Shown here: positions 1 to 8,002 of the stretch, one piece after another
Layout of the letters: every line of letters begins with the position of its first letter
Numbering within the stretch: the first letter of the stretch is position 1
Source of the DNA: Candidatus Zixiibacteriota bacterium
Lineage (GTDB): Bacteria > Zixibacteria > MSB-5A5 > GN15 > FEB-12
Reading direction: 5' to 3'
DNA: 15,066 bases
NCBI GenBank assembly: GCA_041742355.1
Contig: JBGSIV010000293.1
Span: 1-15,066, forward strand
Notes under the pieces: generated by a model
Database searches by the model: none
Seen by the model: the letters and a program-made list of their open reading frames with translations, nothing else
What the model was told of the DNA's origin: nothing
Translations under genes and position numbers: made by a program

Positions 1-1044
1 ATTCGCCTCGCCGACCGCCTGATCGGCCCGACCCAGCGGCCGTTTGTCGTGGCCGAGATGTCCGGCAACCACAACCAGTCGCTGGACCGGGCGCTGGAGA
101 TTGTCGACGCGGCCGCCAGAGCCGGCGCTCACGGGCTCAAAATCCAGACCTACACGCCGGACACCATGACCCTCGACCTCGATGAGAACGAATTCCACAT
201 CGAAGATAAGAACAGCCTCTGGAAAGGGACATCGCTCTACAAGCTCTACGGCCAGGCCTACACCCCCTGGGAGTGGCATGAGCCGATCCTCAACCGCTGC
301 CGCCGGCTCGGGATGGTTGGGTTCAGCACGCCGTTCGACTCAACAGCGGTGGATTTCCTCGAGTCACTCGATGTCCCCTGCTACAAGATTGCATCTTTTG
401 AGAATGCCGATCTGCCGCTGATCAGGAAAGCAGCCGCGACCGGCAAGCCGATGATCATTTCAACCGGCATGGCCAGTGTCGCCGAATTGGATGAGACAGT
501 CCGCGCCGCCCGCGAAGCCGGCTGCCAGGATCTCGTCCTGCTCAAGTGCACGAGCAGCTACCCTTCGACACCCGAGTACACGAATCTCCGGACCATTCCG
601 CACCTCCGGGAGTTGTTCGATGTGCAGGTGGGGCTGTCGGATCACACGCTCGGCATTGGCGCCGCAGTGGCCAGTGTGGCCTTGGGTGCCACCTTTATCG
701 AGAAGCACTTCACCCTGTCGCGGGCGGAGGGTGGGGTGGACGCCGCGTTCTCTCTGGAGCCGGATGAACTGGCCGCGTTGGTGGTGGAGACCGAACGCGC
801 CTGGCAGGCTCTCGGGACGGTCAGCTACGGCCTGACCGAGAAAGAGCGCAGTTCAATGCAGTTCCGGCGGTCGCTGTATATCGTGGCCGACATGGCCGAA
901 GGGGAAGAATTTTCGCCGGCTAACCTGCGGGCAATTCGCCCGGGGTTTGGTCTGGCGCCGAAGTACTATGACCAGTTGCTCGGCAAACGCGTGACCCGGC
1001 CGGTGAAACGCGGTACGCCGGCCGGCTGGGAGCTGGTGGGGTAG
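1..1044 (+). CDS. pseI: Pseudaminic acid synthase (NeuB family, C-terminal SAF/antifreeze-like domain); 5'-truncated by the window edge
   Basis: Frame is open from base 1 (IRLADRLIGPTQRPFVVAEMSGNHNQ), so the true start lies upstream and GTG-49 is internal. Motifs AEMSGNHNQ, KIQTYTPDT, YTPWEWH, KIASFE, LLKCTSSYP, GLSDHTLG and IEKHFTLSR, plus the C-terminal RRSLY...RPGFGLAPK, match the PseI branch rather than generic NeuB. Confidence 0.93.
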   Translation: MRLADRLIGPTQRPFVVAEMSGNHNQSLDRALEIVDAAARAGAHGLKIQTYTPDTMTLDLDENEFHIEDKNSLWKGTSLYKLYGQAYTPWEWHEPILNRCRRLGMVGFSTPFDSTAVDFLESLDVPCYKIASFENADLPLIRKAAATGKPMIISTGMASVAELDETVRAAREAGCQDLVLLKCTSSYPSTPEYTNLRTIPHLRELFDVQVGLSDHTLGIGAAVASVALGATFIEKHFTLSRAEGGVDAAFSLEPDELAALVVETERAWQALGTVSYGLTEKERSSMQFRRSLYIVADMAEGEEFSPANLRAIRPGFGLAPKYYDQLLGKRVTRPVKRGTPAGWELVG

Positions 1045-1051
1045 GGGCGGC

Positions 1052-2368
1052 GTGATCAAGACCGGTATCATAAACACGATCTTCAGAGGCCTCACCCTCG
1101 GAAGCAAGTTTCTGCTGCTGTTGTATCTGGCGCGCATTTTCACCCCGGCAGAGCTGGGGGTGTACGGACTGATGGTCGTGACAATCAGCGTTTCACTTTA
1201 CCTGCTCGGGCTCGATTTCTATACCTACAACACCCGCGAAATCCTCGGGGGCGTCAGGGCCGACTACCCGCGCCGAATGCGCGACCAGATGGTGTTTCAT
1301 GGCCTGACGTATGCGGTTGTGCTGCCGGCGCTGCTGTTGGTGTTTGCTGCCGGGACCCTGCCGTGGCGGTTTGCGGGCTGGTTCTATCTGCTCCTGCTCC
1401 TGGAGCACCTTTCGCAGGAGGCGTACCGGTTTCTGATTACGCTTTCACGCTCGAATCGAGCGAACCTCGTGCTCTTCCTCCGCTCTGGTGCCTGGGTGTT
1501 TGGGGTGGTCGGTGCAGGATTACTCTGGCCGGAGGCGATATCGGTCGACCGCGTGTGTTTCGCATGGCTTCTTGGCGTTTCGGCCAGTATCGCCGTGGCT
1601 GCCTACTCGGTCCGCGACATTGCCTGGCGAGAGGGGTTGAGAGCCCCGGTGGATTGGGTCTGGATTCGCCGCGGAACCGGTGTTTCGCTGCGCTTCTTCG
1701 CGGCGACCATATCGCTGCTGGGCATCGGCTTTGCGGACCGCTACTTCCTGCAGTACTTCCGTGGTGAGGAGGCCGTCGGTATATACACGTTCTTTGGTCA
1801 GTTCGCCAATTCGATCCAGGTGTTCGTGTCAACGGCGGTCGTGACGGTGATCTACCCCCGAGTCGTGGCAGCTTGGCAGAATAAGAACTTAGCCTTGTAC
1901 AGATCTGAAATGAAGCGACTGGTGAAGAGTGTGCTGTTGGTGTCCGGCGCATTGGTTGCTTGCGTCGCCGTTGGGATTTCCCCGATTCTTAGTTTGGTCG
2001 ATAAACCGATTTACACCGAACACGTGGACATATTCTGGCTCTTGCTTGCCGCATCGACACTGCTGGCTCTTTCGTATATACCGCACTATGCTCTCTATGC
2101 GCGTAACCATGACAGAACGCTGATCGCCGCCAGCTTATTCGGGTTAGCGGCAGGAATCGGGGCCCACGCTCTGCTGGTGCCTGCACTTGGGGAAAGGGGA
2201 GCGGCGATGGGCACCTTGATCGCTATCTCAACAATGGCATTGATCAAGGCTATCGCCTTCTTCCGAATCAGGCGCGACGAGTCGCCACGGAGAATATTCC
2301 GGCTGCGACGCCCCGGGGAGTCGAGAAAGACCATTGTGGCGAGAGAGGCTGTCCGTACCGATGTTTGA
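1052..2368 (+). CDS. wzx: Oligosaccharide repeat-unit flippase (Wzx, MOP superfamily)
   Basis: 438 aa with about 12 hydrophobic segments. N-terminal LLYLARIFTPAELGVYGL and the ADRYFLQYF.GEEAVGIY motif are typical of Wzx. GTG start 7 nt after the pseI stop. Confidence 0.85.
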   Translation: MIKTGIINTIFRGLTLGSKFLLLLYLARIFTPAELGVYGLMVVTISVSLYLLGLDFYTYNTREILGGVRADYPRRMRDQMVFHGLTYAVVLPALLLVFAAGTLPWRFAGWFYLLLLLEHLSQEAYRFLITLSRSNRANLVLFLRSGAWVFGVVGAGLLWPEAISVDRVCFAWLLGVSASIAVAAYSVRDIAWREGLRAPVDWVWIRRGTGVSLRFFAATISLLGIGFADRYFLQYFRGEEAVGIYTFFGQFANSIQVFVSTAVVTVIYPRVVAAWQNKNLALYRSEMKRLVKSVLLVSGALVACVAVGISPILSLVDKPIYTEHVDIFWLLLAASTLLALSYIPHYALYARNHDRTLIAASLFGLAAGIGAHALLVPALGERGAAMGTLIAISTMALIKAIAFFRIRRDESPRRIFRLRRPGESRKTIVAREAVRTDV

Positions 2369-3626
2369 GTTCATTTCTTTCATATGGCTTCTGGTGTGCG
2401 CCCTTGTCATTCGGCGCACATTTGGGCTAAGTCAGGTACTCAACCCGTTCGTGATGTTCTGGATTTACCACGTCGTTTTCCTGTACATTGGTCTGTTCTA
2501 TCGCAATCTCTACGATCACGCTGTCACGATACAGCCTGCGGTGTTCGTAATGATCTGGTCGGGTATGGGGGCTTGCCTCTTGGGCGCAGTGGCCGCAAGA
2601 ATTCATACAGGTGAACCTGCTCGAGAGGCTACTGCCCGGCTTGCCCAAATGCGCGTTGATGATTTTCCCGAGCGCATCTTGCTGTCTCGACTATTCTTCG
2701 TAGCTGGTGCGGCCCTAATCGGGCTGTACTTCATCTCGGTAGGCGCCATTCCGCTGCTTCATGAGGAGGCGGATGACTTCCGAATCGCTGCCCGCATGGG
2801 GAAGGGTACTCTGGTGCTACTTGCCCTTGCCCTTGTGAAGTACGCTGTCTACCAAGTCGCCGGCATTCGCGCGTGTGAGGGTCGGAGGCTTATCCGCGTC
2901 GTTCCGTGGATGCTTGTAGGCGCACTCTTGGTTGTCGGTATTGGGAACCGCGCGCCGGCGTTGGAACTGCTGGTCTTCGGCTTCGTCGTCTACTACGCGG
3001 TGAAAGGAATACGACCGTCGGTTGTGCGGCTTGCGCTTCTGGGCGTCGGTGCACTTGCACTGATGGCTGTGCTGGGAATCTTACGCCAAGGACACTCTGT
3101 CTCGTCGGCACTCATTGTCCTAAAAATTATCTGGCGGCCGTTCGCTAATGTTCAGAACCTCGAATGGGTGTACGAGACTTTCCCGGTCACCATTCCATTT
3201 CAATACGGCTATGGCTACATCGTCGATGCCCTCGTAATCCTGCCGGGCTATTCACCGAACTTCGGCACCTGGTTTAAAGAGATGGCGGGGTATGATTTCA
3301 GCGGCGGCAGTGTAACCGTTACCTACCTTGGCGAAATCTTCGCAAATTTTGGTTGGATCGGGATCGTTCCCATCTGCTTCGGCTACGGTTTCGGGTTGAC
3401 CTGGCTGTTCTATCGGTTGATGCGCAGGATATCAATCAATAATCTCATGCTGCTTGTGATTTGTGCAACCACACTAAAGTCAATTGTCAGTAGCGGGATC
3501 ATTTCCGTGTTGTTGTATGAGACAATGATGCTTCTGGCAATTCACATGCTTTTCAATGGGTGTCTGTGGGTTGTGAGATCTCTGAGACGTGAGGAGTGCC
3601 GTGGACCAATTCCAGCGCGCATATAG
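2361..3626 (+). CDS. wzy: O-antigen/oligosaccharide repeat-unit polymerase (Wzy-like)
   Basis: ATG at 2361 overlaps the wzx stop by 8 nt; 421 aa. Multi-pass membrane protein with GNR after a TM helix, a large extracytoplasmic loop, and the TYLGEIFANFGWIG motif typical of Wzy-type polymerases. Lies between wzx and the glycosyltransferases. Confidence 0.8.
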   Translation: MFEFISFIWLLVCALVIRRTFGLSQVLNPFVMFWIYHVVFLYIGLFYRNLYDHAVTIQPAVFVMIWSGMGACLLGAVAARIHTGEPAREATARLAQMRVDDFPERILLSRLFFVAGAALIGLYFISVGAIPLLHEEADDFRIAARMGKGTLVLLALALVKYAVYQVAGIRACEGRRLIRVVPWMLVGALLVVGIGNRAPALELLVFGFVVYYAVKGIRPSVVRLALLGVGALALMAVLGILRQGHSVSSALIVLKIIWRPFANVQNLEWVYETFPVTIPFQYGYGYIVDALVILPGYSPNFGTWFKEMAGYDFSGGSVTVTYLGEIFANFGWIGIVPICFGYGFGLTWLFYRLMRRISINNLMLLVICATTLKSIVSSGIISVLLYETMMLLAIHMLFNGCLWVVRSLRREECRGPIPARI

Positions 3627-5112
3627 ATTTTCGCACGAGTGGTTTCTCGATGAGTCAGGGAAAGACGTCTTACTGACCGACGGTATTTGCTTTGGATTGA
3701 TCGCTCAAATCTACGTGTACCAGAAGTACCTCGATGTTCTCGCCGGTCGAAGACGGACCGGGTTTGTCTCGAAGGAGTCGATTCTCTACTTGCTTAAGGA
3801 GCACCATGTCGATTGGGGCTTGCGGAGGTTCCTGTCACACGTCGATCTCCGACACCGATTGGTGTCCCGGGTGCTCCGGGCCGCTGACTACCTCTTTGTA
3901 TATGATGTGCATAACTCCGGCATGATACAGACATTGCACTGCGTTCAGGAGAAAGTCGCGAAATCCGGCACAACAGTCGCGCTGACGTTTGAACCGCGGG
4001 TGTATCGGGAGGTCGGAGAGAGAGGAATCGTCCACCGGTTCCTTTTTGCGACACAGCCGAACCTATGGGATCGGGACGCGTCGCGGCAGCTGGCCAAGGG
4101 GTTCCGGGAGGCATATCGCGGGCACCGTGATCTGCTCTGCGCCCGCGTTACTCGCGAACTGGGAGGGGCGGGGCGCACGATGATGCGCTGGCTCGACCGG
4201 CTCGCGGCGCGGTTCTACGGAGAACTCGCTTCCGACTACTACCGACTGAAGGGTCTTCTCGATACATGCCAACCTCTTTGCGTAGTGGCTGCGTCCGATT
4301 CCCACCGCTACTCACGGCTCATCACGCTTATGGCGCGCCAGCATTCGATTCGGACACTGGTGGTACAACATGGAGCCACAGTCAGCCCGCATGCTTATGT
4401 TCCTGTCTATGCAGACCGAATCGCTGTCTGGGGAGACACCTCCAGGCGCTGGTTTATCGGGCACGGCGTTCCAGAGAAGCAGATCGTAGTGACGGGACAG
4501 CCTCGTTTTGACGGGGTTCAGCCTTCTGCCGATGAATCGTGGCCGCGGGAGCCTCTATCACAGACGCAGGCATCCCTACTCCTTGCGACCAACCCCATCG
4601 GTGCCGGTCCGAACGCAGAACTCTGGGGCATTGTCTGCGAAGCGCTGAGGTCTCTGCGGTATAAGGGTCGGTTGGTTCTAAAGCCGCACCCGGGGCAGAG
4701 CGACTGCGACCTGTTTCGACGGCTCGTCGACCAGAGCGGCCTCCCATGGGAGATCGCTCCATCTCATGCCGACCTGAACACCCTGATATCGACCTCCACT
4801 ACAGTCATCACGACCCAGTCGACGGTAGGTATCGAGGCGCTCATCCATGACAAACCTCTTGTAGTGGTTGACCTTCCCGGTATACAGGCCACCATTCCTT
4901 ATCATGAGTATCATTGCTCTTTCACCGCCAAAGACTCAACCGAACTGGCCGAAGCACTTGCAAAAGCGCTCAGCAGATCGGACGAGGTTGTCCGGCACCG
5001 CGTTGGCGCCCGTCGGTTTCTCGCCGACTACCTGTACCGCCTCGACGGCCAGGCGTCATCCCGAATTGCCGACTTGATCACCGGCGCTACGGCAACGGAG
5101 ACACCAGCATGA
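3601..5112 (+). CDS. GT-B fold surface-polysaccharide biosynthesis protein, putative nonulosonic-acid (pseudaminyl) transferase
   Basis: GTG at 3601 is preceded by GAGGAG (3591-3596); the alternative start is 3589. Soluble, about 503 aa. C-terminal half has VVQHG, DRIAVWG, VVTGQPRFD, LKPHP and STVGIEALIHDKP, resembling CDP-glycerol transferase / capsule synthesis / epimerase-fold GT-B proteins. Specific activity is inferred from context. Confidence 0.7.
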   Translation: MDQFQRAYRFSHEWFLDESGKDVLLTDGICFGLIAQIYVYQKYLDVLAGRRRTGFVSKESILYLLKEHHVDWGLRRFLSHVDLRHRLVSRVLRAADYLFVYDVHNSGMIQTLHCVQEKVAKSGTTVALTFEPRVYREVGERGIVHRFLFATQPNLWDRDASRQLAKGFREAYRGHRDLLCARVTRELGGAGRTMMRWLDRLAARFYGELASDYYRLKGLLDTCQPLCVVAASDSHRYSRLITLMARQHSIRTLVVQHGATVSPHAYVPVYADRIAVWGDTSRRWFIGHGVPEKQIVVTGQPRFDGVQPSADESWPREPLSQTQASLLLATNPIGAGPNAELWGIVCEALRSLRYKGRLVLKPHPGQSDCDLFRRLVDQSGLPWEIAPSHADLNTLISTSTTVITTQSTVGIEALIHDKPLVVVDLPGIQATIPYHEYHCSFTAKDSTELAEALAKALSRSDEVVRHRVGARRFLADYLYRLDGQASSRIADLITGATATETPA

Positions 5113-6326
5113 AATCATCGTTCTCGACTCAGCCCACCATCGCTTTCTGCGGCACCCGCGGACTGCCGGCCAACTACGGCGGGTTCGAAACCGCCGTCGA
5201 CCACATCTCCCGCCGCTTTGTCGACCACGGCTACTCCTGCGAGGTCTTCTGCCGCCGCTCATCGACTGTCAATGAGCAGGCAGGTGACCCAGCGACCGGG
5301 GCCGAATTCCACGACGGACGGCAGCTCACCTATGTAGACGGCCACCCGTCGCGCAAGCTCGATACCTTCGTCGCCTCAATACAGACTGGCTGCCACCTCT
5401 GGCGAAACCGCGATCGGTACCATCACGTTTTCTGGTTCAACAATGCCAATTTGCCGGGCATCCTGATCACCGCGCTGGCGGGGATCCCGATGTCGGTTAA
5501 CACCGACGGCCTCGAGTGGCGGCGGGCCAAGTGGTCCTGGCCGTTCAAGCTGTACTACTGGCTGTCGTCGTTCCTGATCGCGCTGGTCTGCCGCCGGCTG
5601 GTGTCAGATTCCCACGGAATCCAGCAGTACTACCGACGGCGCTTCTTCCGCAAGACCAATTTCATTCCGTACGGCGCGCCGCCCGCCCATACCGTGAGCG
5701 ACCAGCGGGCCGGAGAGATCCTCCGTCGCTACGGCCTTGAGGCGGGGAAGTACTTCCTGCAAATCACACGGATCGAACCCGATAATCTGCCGCTGGCGGT
5801 CGCCGAGGCCTTCCAGCACTCCGAACCGGCGCGTCAGGGGTACCGAATGGTCTTTGTCGGGTACAAGGATGCCACGCCGTATGCCCAGCGGCTGATTTCC
5901 CACGACGGCCGTTCGGGGGTCCGTGTCCACGAGGCTGTCTATGATCCCGATATCCTCCACGTCCTGCGGAGCCGGTGCTTCTGCTACGTCCACGGCAACT
6001 CGGTCGGCGGAACAAACCCGGCGTTGCTGGAGGCAATGGCCACCACCCGCCGAGTGATCGCGATTGACTGCATCTTCAGCCGTGAAGTGCTGGGGGATTG
6101 CGGGCGCTACTTCGATCCGGCCGAGATCCGGCCTACCCTGAACCGGGCGCTCGAAATGCCCGACCAGAGCCCGATGATGCGCCACCGGGTCACAGAACGC
6201 TACGATTGGACTGCCGTGGCTCGAAGCTACATGAACCTCGCCGAGGGACGCCCGGCGGACTACGATCCGGCGCCGGCGGTCATTGATCGAGGCGTGGTTC
6301 GCGAGGCGGCTGAGGTGATGCCGTGA
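5109..6326 (+). CDS. Glycosyltransferase family 4 with DUF1972 N-terminal domain (WchF/Cps2T rhamnosyltransferase-like)
   Basis: ATG at 5109 forms an ATGA overlap with the upstream stop, with GGAG at 5097-5100; 405 aa. Motifs GTRGLPANYGGFET, NTDGLEWRRAKW and YVHGNSVGGTNPALLEAM. Confidence 0.88.
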   Translation: MKSSFSTQPTIAFCGTRGLPANYGGFETAVDHISRRFVDHGYSCEVFCRRSSTVNEQAGDPATGAEFHDGRQLTYVDGHPSRKLDTFVASIQTGCHLWRNRDRYHHVFWFNNANLPGILITALAGIPMSVNTDGLEWRRAKWSWPFKLYYWLSSFLIALVCRRLVSDSHGIQQYYRRRFFRKTNFIPYGAPPAHTVSDQRAGEILRRYGLEAGKYFLQITRIEPDNLPLAVAEAFQHSEPARQGYRMVFVGYKDATPYAQRLISHDGRSGVRVHEAVYDPDILHVLRSRCFCYVHGNSVGGTNPALLEAMATTRRVIAIDCIFSREVLGDCGRYFDPAEIRPTLNRALEMPDQSPMMRHRVTERYDWTAVARSYMNLAEGRPADYDPAPAVIDRGVVREAAEVMP

Positions 6327-6415
6327 ACAGGGGAGAGGAAGAAATGTCCGGTTGGGGCGGAAACAGATTCTGGGGGATATCGTCGTGCTTAAAGTGAAAC
6401 GCAATGTGGCGGCGA

Positions 6416-6428
6416 TAAGCGATTGAAT
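6416..6428. promoter_or_regulatory. Putative IHF-binding site upstream of the wzz sigma54 promoter
   Basis: TAAGCGATTGAAT has one mismatch to YAANNNNTTGATW (reverse complement of the IHF consensus) and starts 51 bp upstream of the -24 GG. Confidence 0.45.
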
Positions 6429-6464
6429 AGCAGTAGGTAACGGAATGCCCCATAAGGGTGGTTG

Positions 6465-6481
6465 GCGGCACGGGAATTGCA
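6465..6481 (+). promoter_or_regulatory. Sigma54 (RpoN) -24/-12 promoter for wzz
   Basis: GCGGCACGGGAATTGCA versus consensus YTGGCACGNNNNTTGCW, with exact GG-N10-GC spacing (GG 6467-6468, GC 6479-6480). Intergenic, 33 nt before the ATG at 6515. Confidence 0.7.
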
Positions 6482-6514
6482 AGGTCCCGGTGGGGAAGTA
6501 CGAGGAAGAATACG

Positions 6515-7609
6515 ATGAATAGACGATTGACTGTATCGCGCGATAGTGAGCCACAACAGGTGATCAAGGATGCTGCAGTGAATCCGTTCGAACTGGCCAG
6601 TGTCCTCATCCGGCATAAGCGGGTGATTGCGTTGTGCATGTTCGGGGTTATGTTCCTGACTGCCGGCATAACCTTGCTGATTCCGAATAAGTACGTGTCG
6701 ACTGCGACGATTCTGCCGTCCGGCGGAACAGACAAGATGGCCGATCTGAAGAGCCTCGCCGGGTTGTCCGGTCTGGTAAGCCAGGATGAGAGCGGGTCGG
6801 AGCTGTATCCGGTCATTCTCTCCTCGCACACAATCCGCGATGCGGTACTTTCGACTGACTATGCGTTTGTCGATGACGATCAGAAGCGGCACCTGACCTT
6901 GCCGGAGTATTTCGATCAGGAGGATCCGGACGAGTTGCGCCGTGCCCTCGGGGATATTACCACAGTGAGTCACGACAAGAAGACCGGAGTGATCAGCCTG
7001 GCGGTGGAAACGGAGTACCCGGCCTTTTCGCAGGCCATTCTGAAGGCATACCTTGGCGAACTGGAGACATTTAACCTCCACAAGCGGCGGTCCCAGGCCG
7101 GAGAGCGGGCCAAGTACCTTGAGCGGGAACTGACACAATGCAAGGCGGATCTCCAGCGCGCCGAGGATTCGCTGGCAATATTCCAGGCCTCCAACCGGGA
7201 TTGGATGGCCACCAGCGATCCGGAACTGGCGGTTCTGATCGCCCGATTGCAGCGCGACGTTCAGACCCGCAATCAGACCTACCTCTACCTGTTGCAGGAG
7301 TTCGAGGTGGCCAAACTGGATGCCCGGAAGGATGTCCCGGTAGTACGGATTCTCGACCAGCCAACCTTGCCGACGGTGAAATCGTCGCCTCAGCGAACAA
7401 TGGTGGTTCTGCTCCTGGGAATGCTGTCTCTGGTTGGAGCGGTGTTCGGTGTGCTGGTGGCCGAGGCGATTCGGCGTTCAGCCAAGGGACCCGATGGTCC
7501 GGCGCTGGAGACATTTCGGGCGGATCTGACGAGGGAGTTCCCCCGGGTGAACCGGTTGCTCGGCCGGATATCTGCAGGGACCAGAGACGCCGATCCGGTG
7601 GGGAAGTGA
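6515..7609 (+). CDS. wzz: Polysaccharide co-polymerase / chain-length determinant (Wzz/GNVR domain, no tyrosine-kinase domain)
   Basis: ATG at 6515 with GAGG at 6502-6505; 364 aa. N-terminal TM followed by PNKYVSTATILP, a periplasmic coiled coil, VRILDQPTLPTVKSSPQR and a second Gly-rich TM: the classic PCP layout. Confidence 0.87.
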   Translation: MNRRLTVSRDSEPQQVIKDAAVNPFELASVLIRHKRVIALCMFGVMFLTAGITLLIPNKYVSTATILPSGGTDKMADLKSLAGLSGLVSQDESGSELYPVILSSHTIRDAVLSTDYAFVDDDQKRHLTLPEYFDQEDPDELRRALGDITTVSHDKKTGVISLAVETEYPAFSQAILKAYLGELETFNLHKRRSQAGERAKYLERELTQCKADLQRAEDSLAIFQASNRDWMATSDPELAVLIARLQRDVQTRNQTYLYLLQEFEVAKLDARKDVPVVRILDQPTLPTVKSSPQRTMVVLLLGMLSLVGAVFGVLVAEAIRRSAKGPDGPALETFRADLTREFPRVNRLLGRISAGTRDADPVGK

Positions 7610-7614
7610 CGAAC

Positions 7615-7641
7615 TCGGACGGTGCCGCCGATTTTCATTTT
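7615..7641 (+). terminator. Possible weak intrinsic terminator after wzz
   Basis: TCGG-A-CG-GTGC-CG-CCGA imperfect hairpin followed by TTTTCATTTT. Confidence 0.3.
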
Positions 7642-7655
7642 CCCTGTATTAGGGG

Positions 7656-7684
7656 TTGATTTTTTCGGGATGGGGATGTATTAT
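7656..7684 (+). promoter_or_regulatory. Sigma70-type promoter for tRNA-Tyr
   Basis: TTGATT (7656-7661), 17 nt spacer, TATTAT (7679-7684), then a GC-rich discriminator CCGGCTGC typical of stable-RNA promoters. Confidence 0.7.
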
Positions 7685-7760
7685 CCGGCTGCTTTGGCGG
7701 CAGACCCGGGCTACCGGGAGCAGATCGCCCGAGCTCCTGAAGATCTAAAGACTTGATGTT

Positions 7761-7842
7761 GGTGGGGTTCCCGAGCGGCCAAAGGGAACAGACTGTAAAT
7801 CTGTCGGCGAAGCCTTCGGAGGTTCGAATCCTCCCCCCACCA
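7761..7842 (+). tRNA. tRNA-Tyr: tRNA-Tyr (anticodon GTA)
   Basis: Acceptor stem GGTGGGG/CCCCACC; D-arm CCC-GAGCGGCCAAA-GGG; anticodon arm ACAGA-CTGTAAA-TCTGT (GTA at 7795-7797); long variable arm; T-arm GGAGG-TTCGAAT-CCTCC; discriminator A7842. CCA is not fully encoded (followed by CAT). Confidence 0.98.
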
Positions 7843-7985
7843 CATTTTCCAGCCCATTGCGCTTCAAATCTATTCTGCATCTGTTTGCCGATCCTGTCAC
7901 CGACTCTGCCCATTCCGGCCAAGGGGTTTCTCTGCTAATCTGTTGTGATCATGGCGATTACGCTGCCTAACCGATTCCGCTCGTC

Positions 7986-8002
7986 TTGGCCCGGTTCTTG
8001 CG
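7986..8002 (+). promoter_or_regulatory. Sigma54 (RpoN) -24/-12 promoter for the lipoprotein gene
   Basis: TTGGCCCGGTTCTTGCG with TTGGC...TTGC and exact GG-N10-GC spacing (GG 7988-7989, GC 8000-8001). Intergenic, 44 nt before the ATG at 8047. Confidence 0.7.

Noticed and set aside
4914..5108. N-terminal extension of the GT4 ORF in the track
   Set aside because: Overlaps the upstream gene. ATG 5109 has an RBS and an ATGA coupling, and family similarity starts just after it.
6405..6475. ops/JUMPStart element (TGGCGGC occurs twice)
   Set aside because: Neither copy matches GGCGGTAG, and the second is better explained as part of the sigma54 -24 box.
6458..6514. N-terminal extension of the wzz ORF
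   Set aside because: Overlaps the predicted promoter. ATG 6515 has a GAGG RBS.
5604..7138. Antisense ORFs of 316, 183 and 249 aa
   Set aside because: They overlap the GT4 and wzz genes and the promoter region, and have no family motifs.
7635..7938. Short ORFs on both strands over the tRNA
   Set aside because: They are translations of the tRNA-Tyr gene and its flanks.
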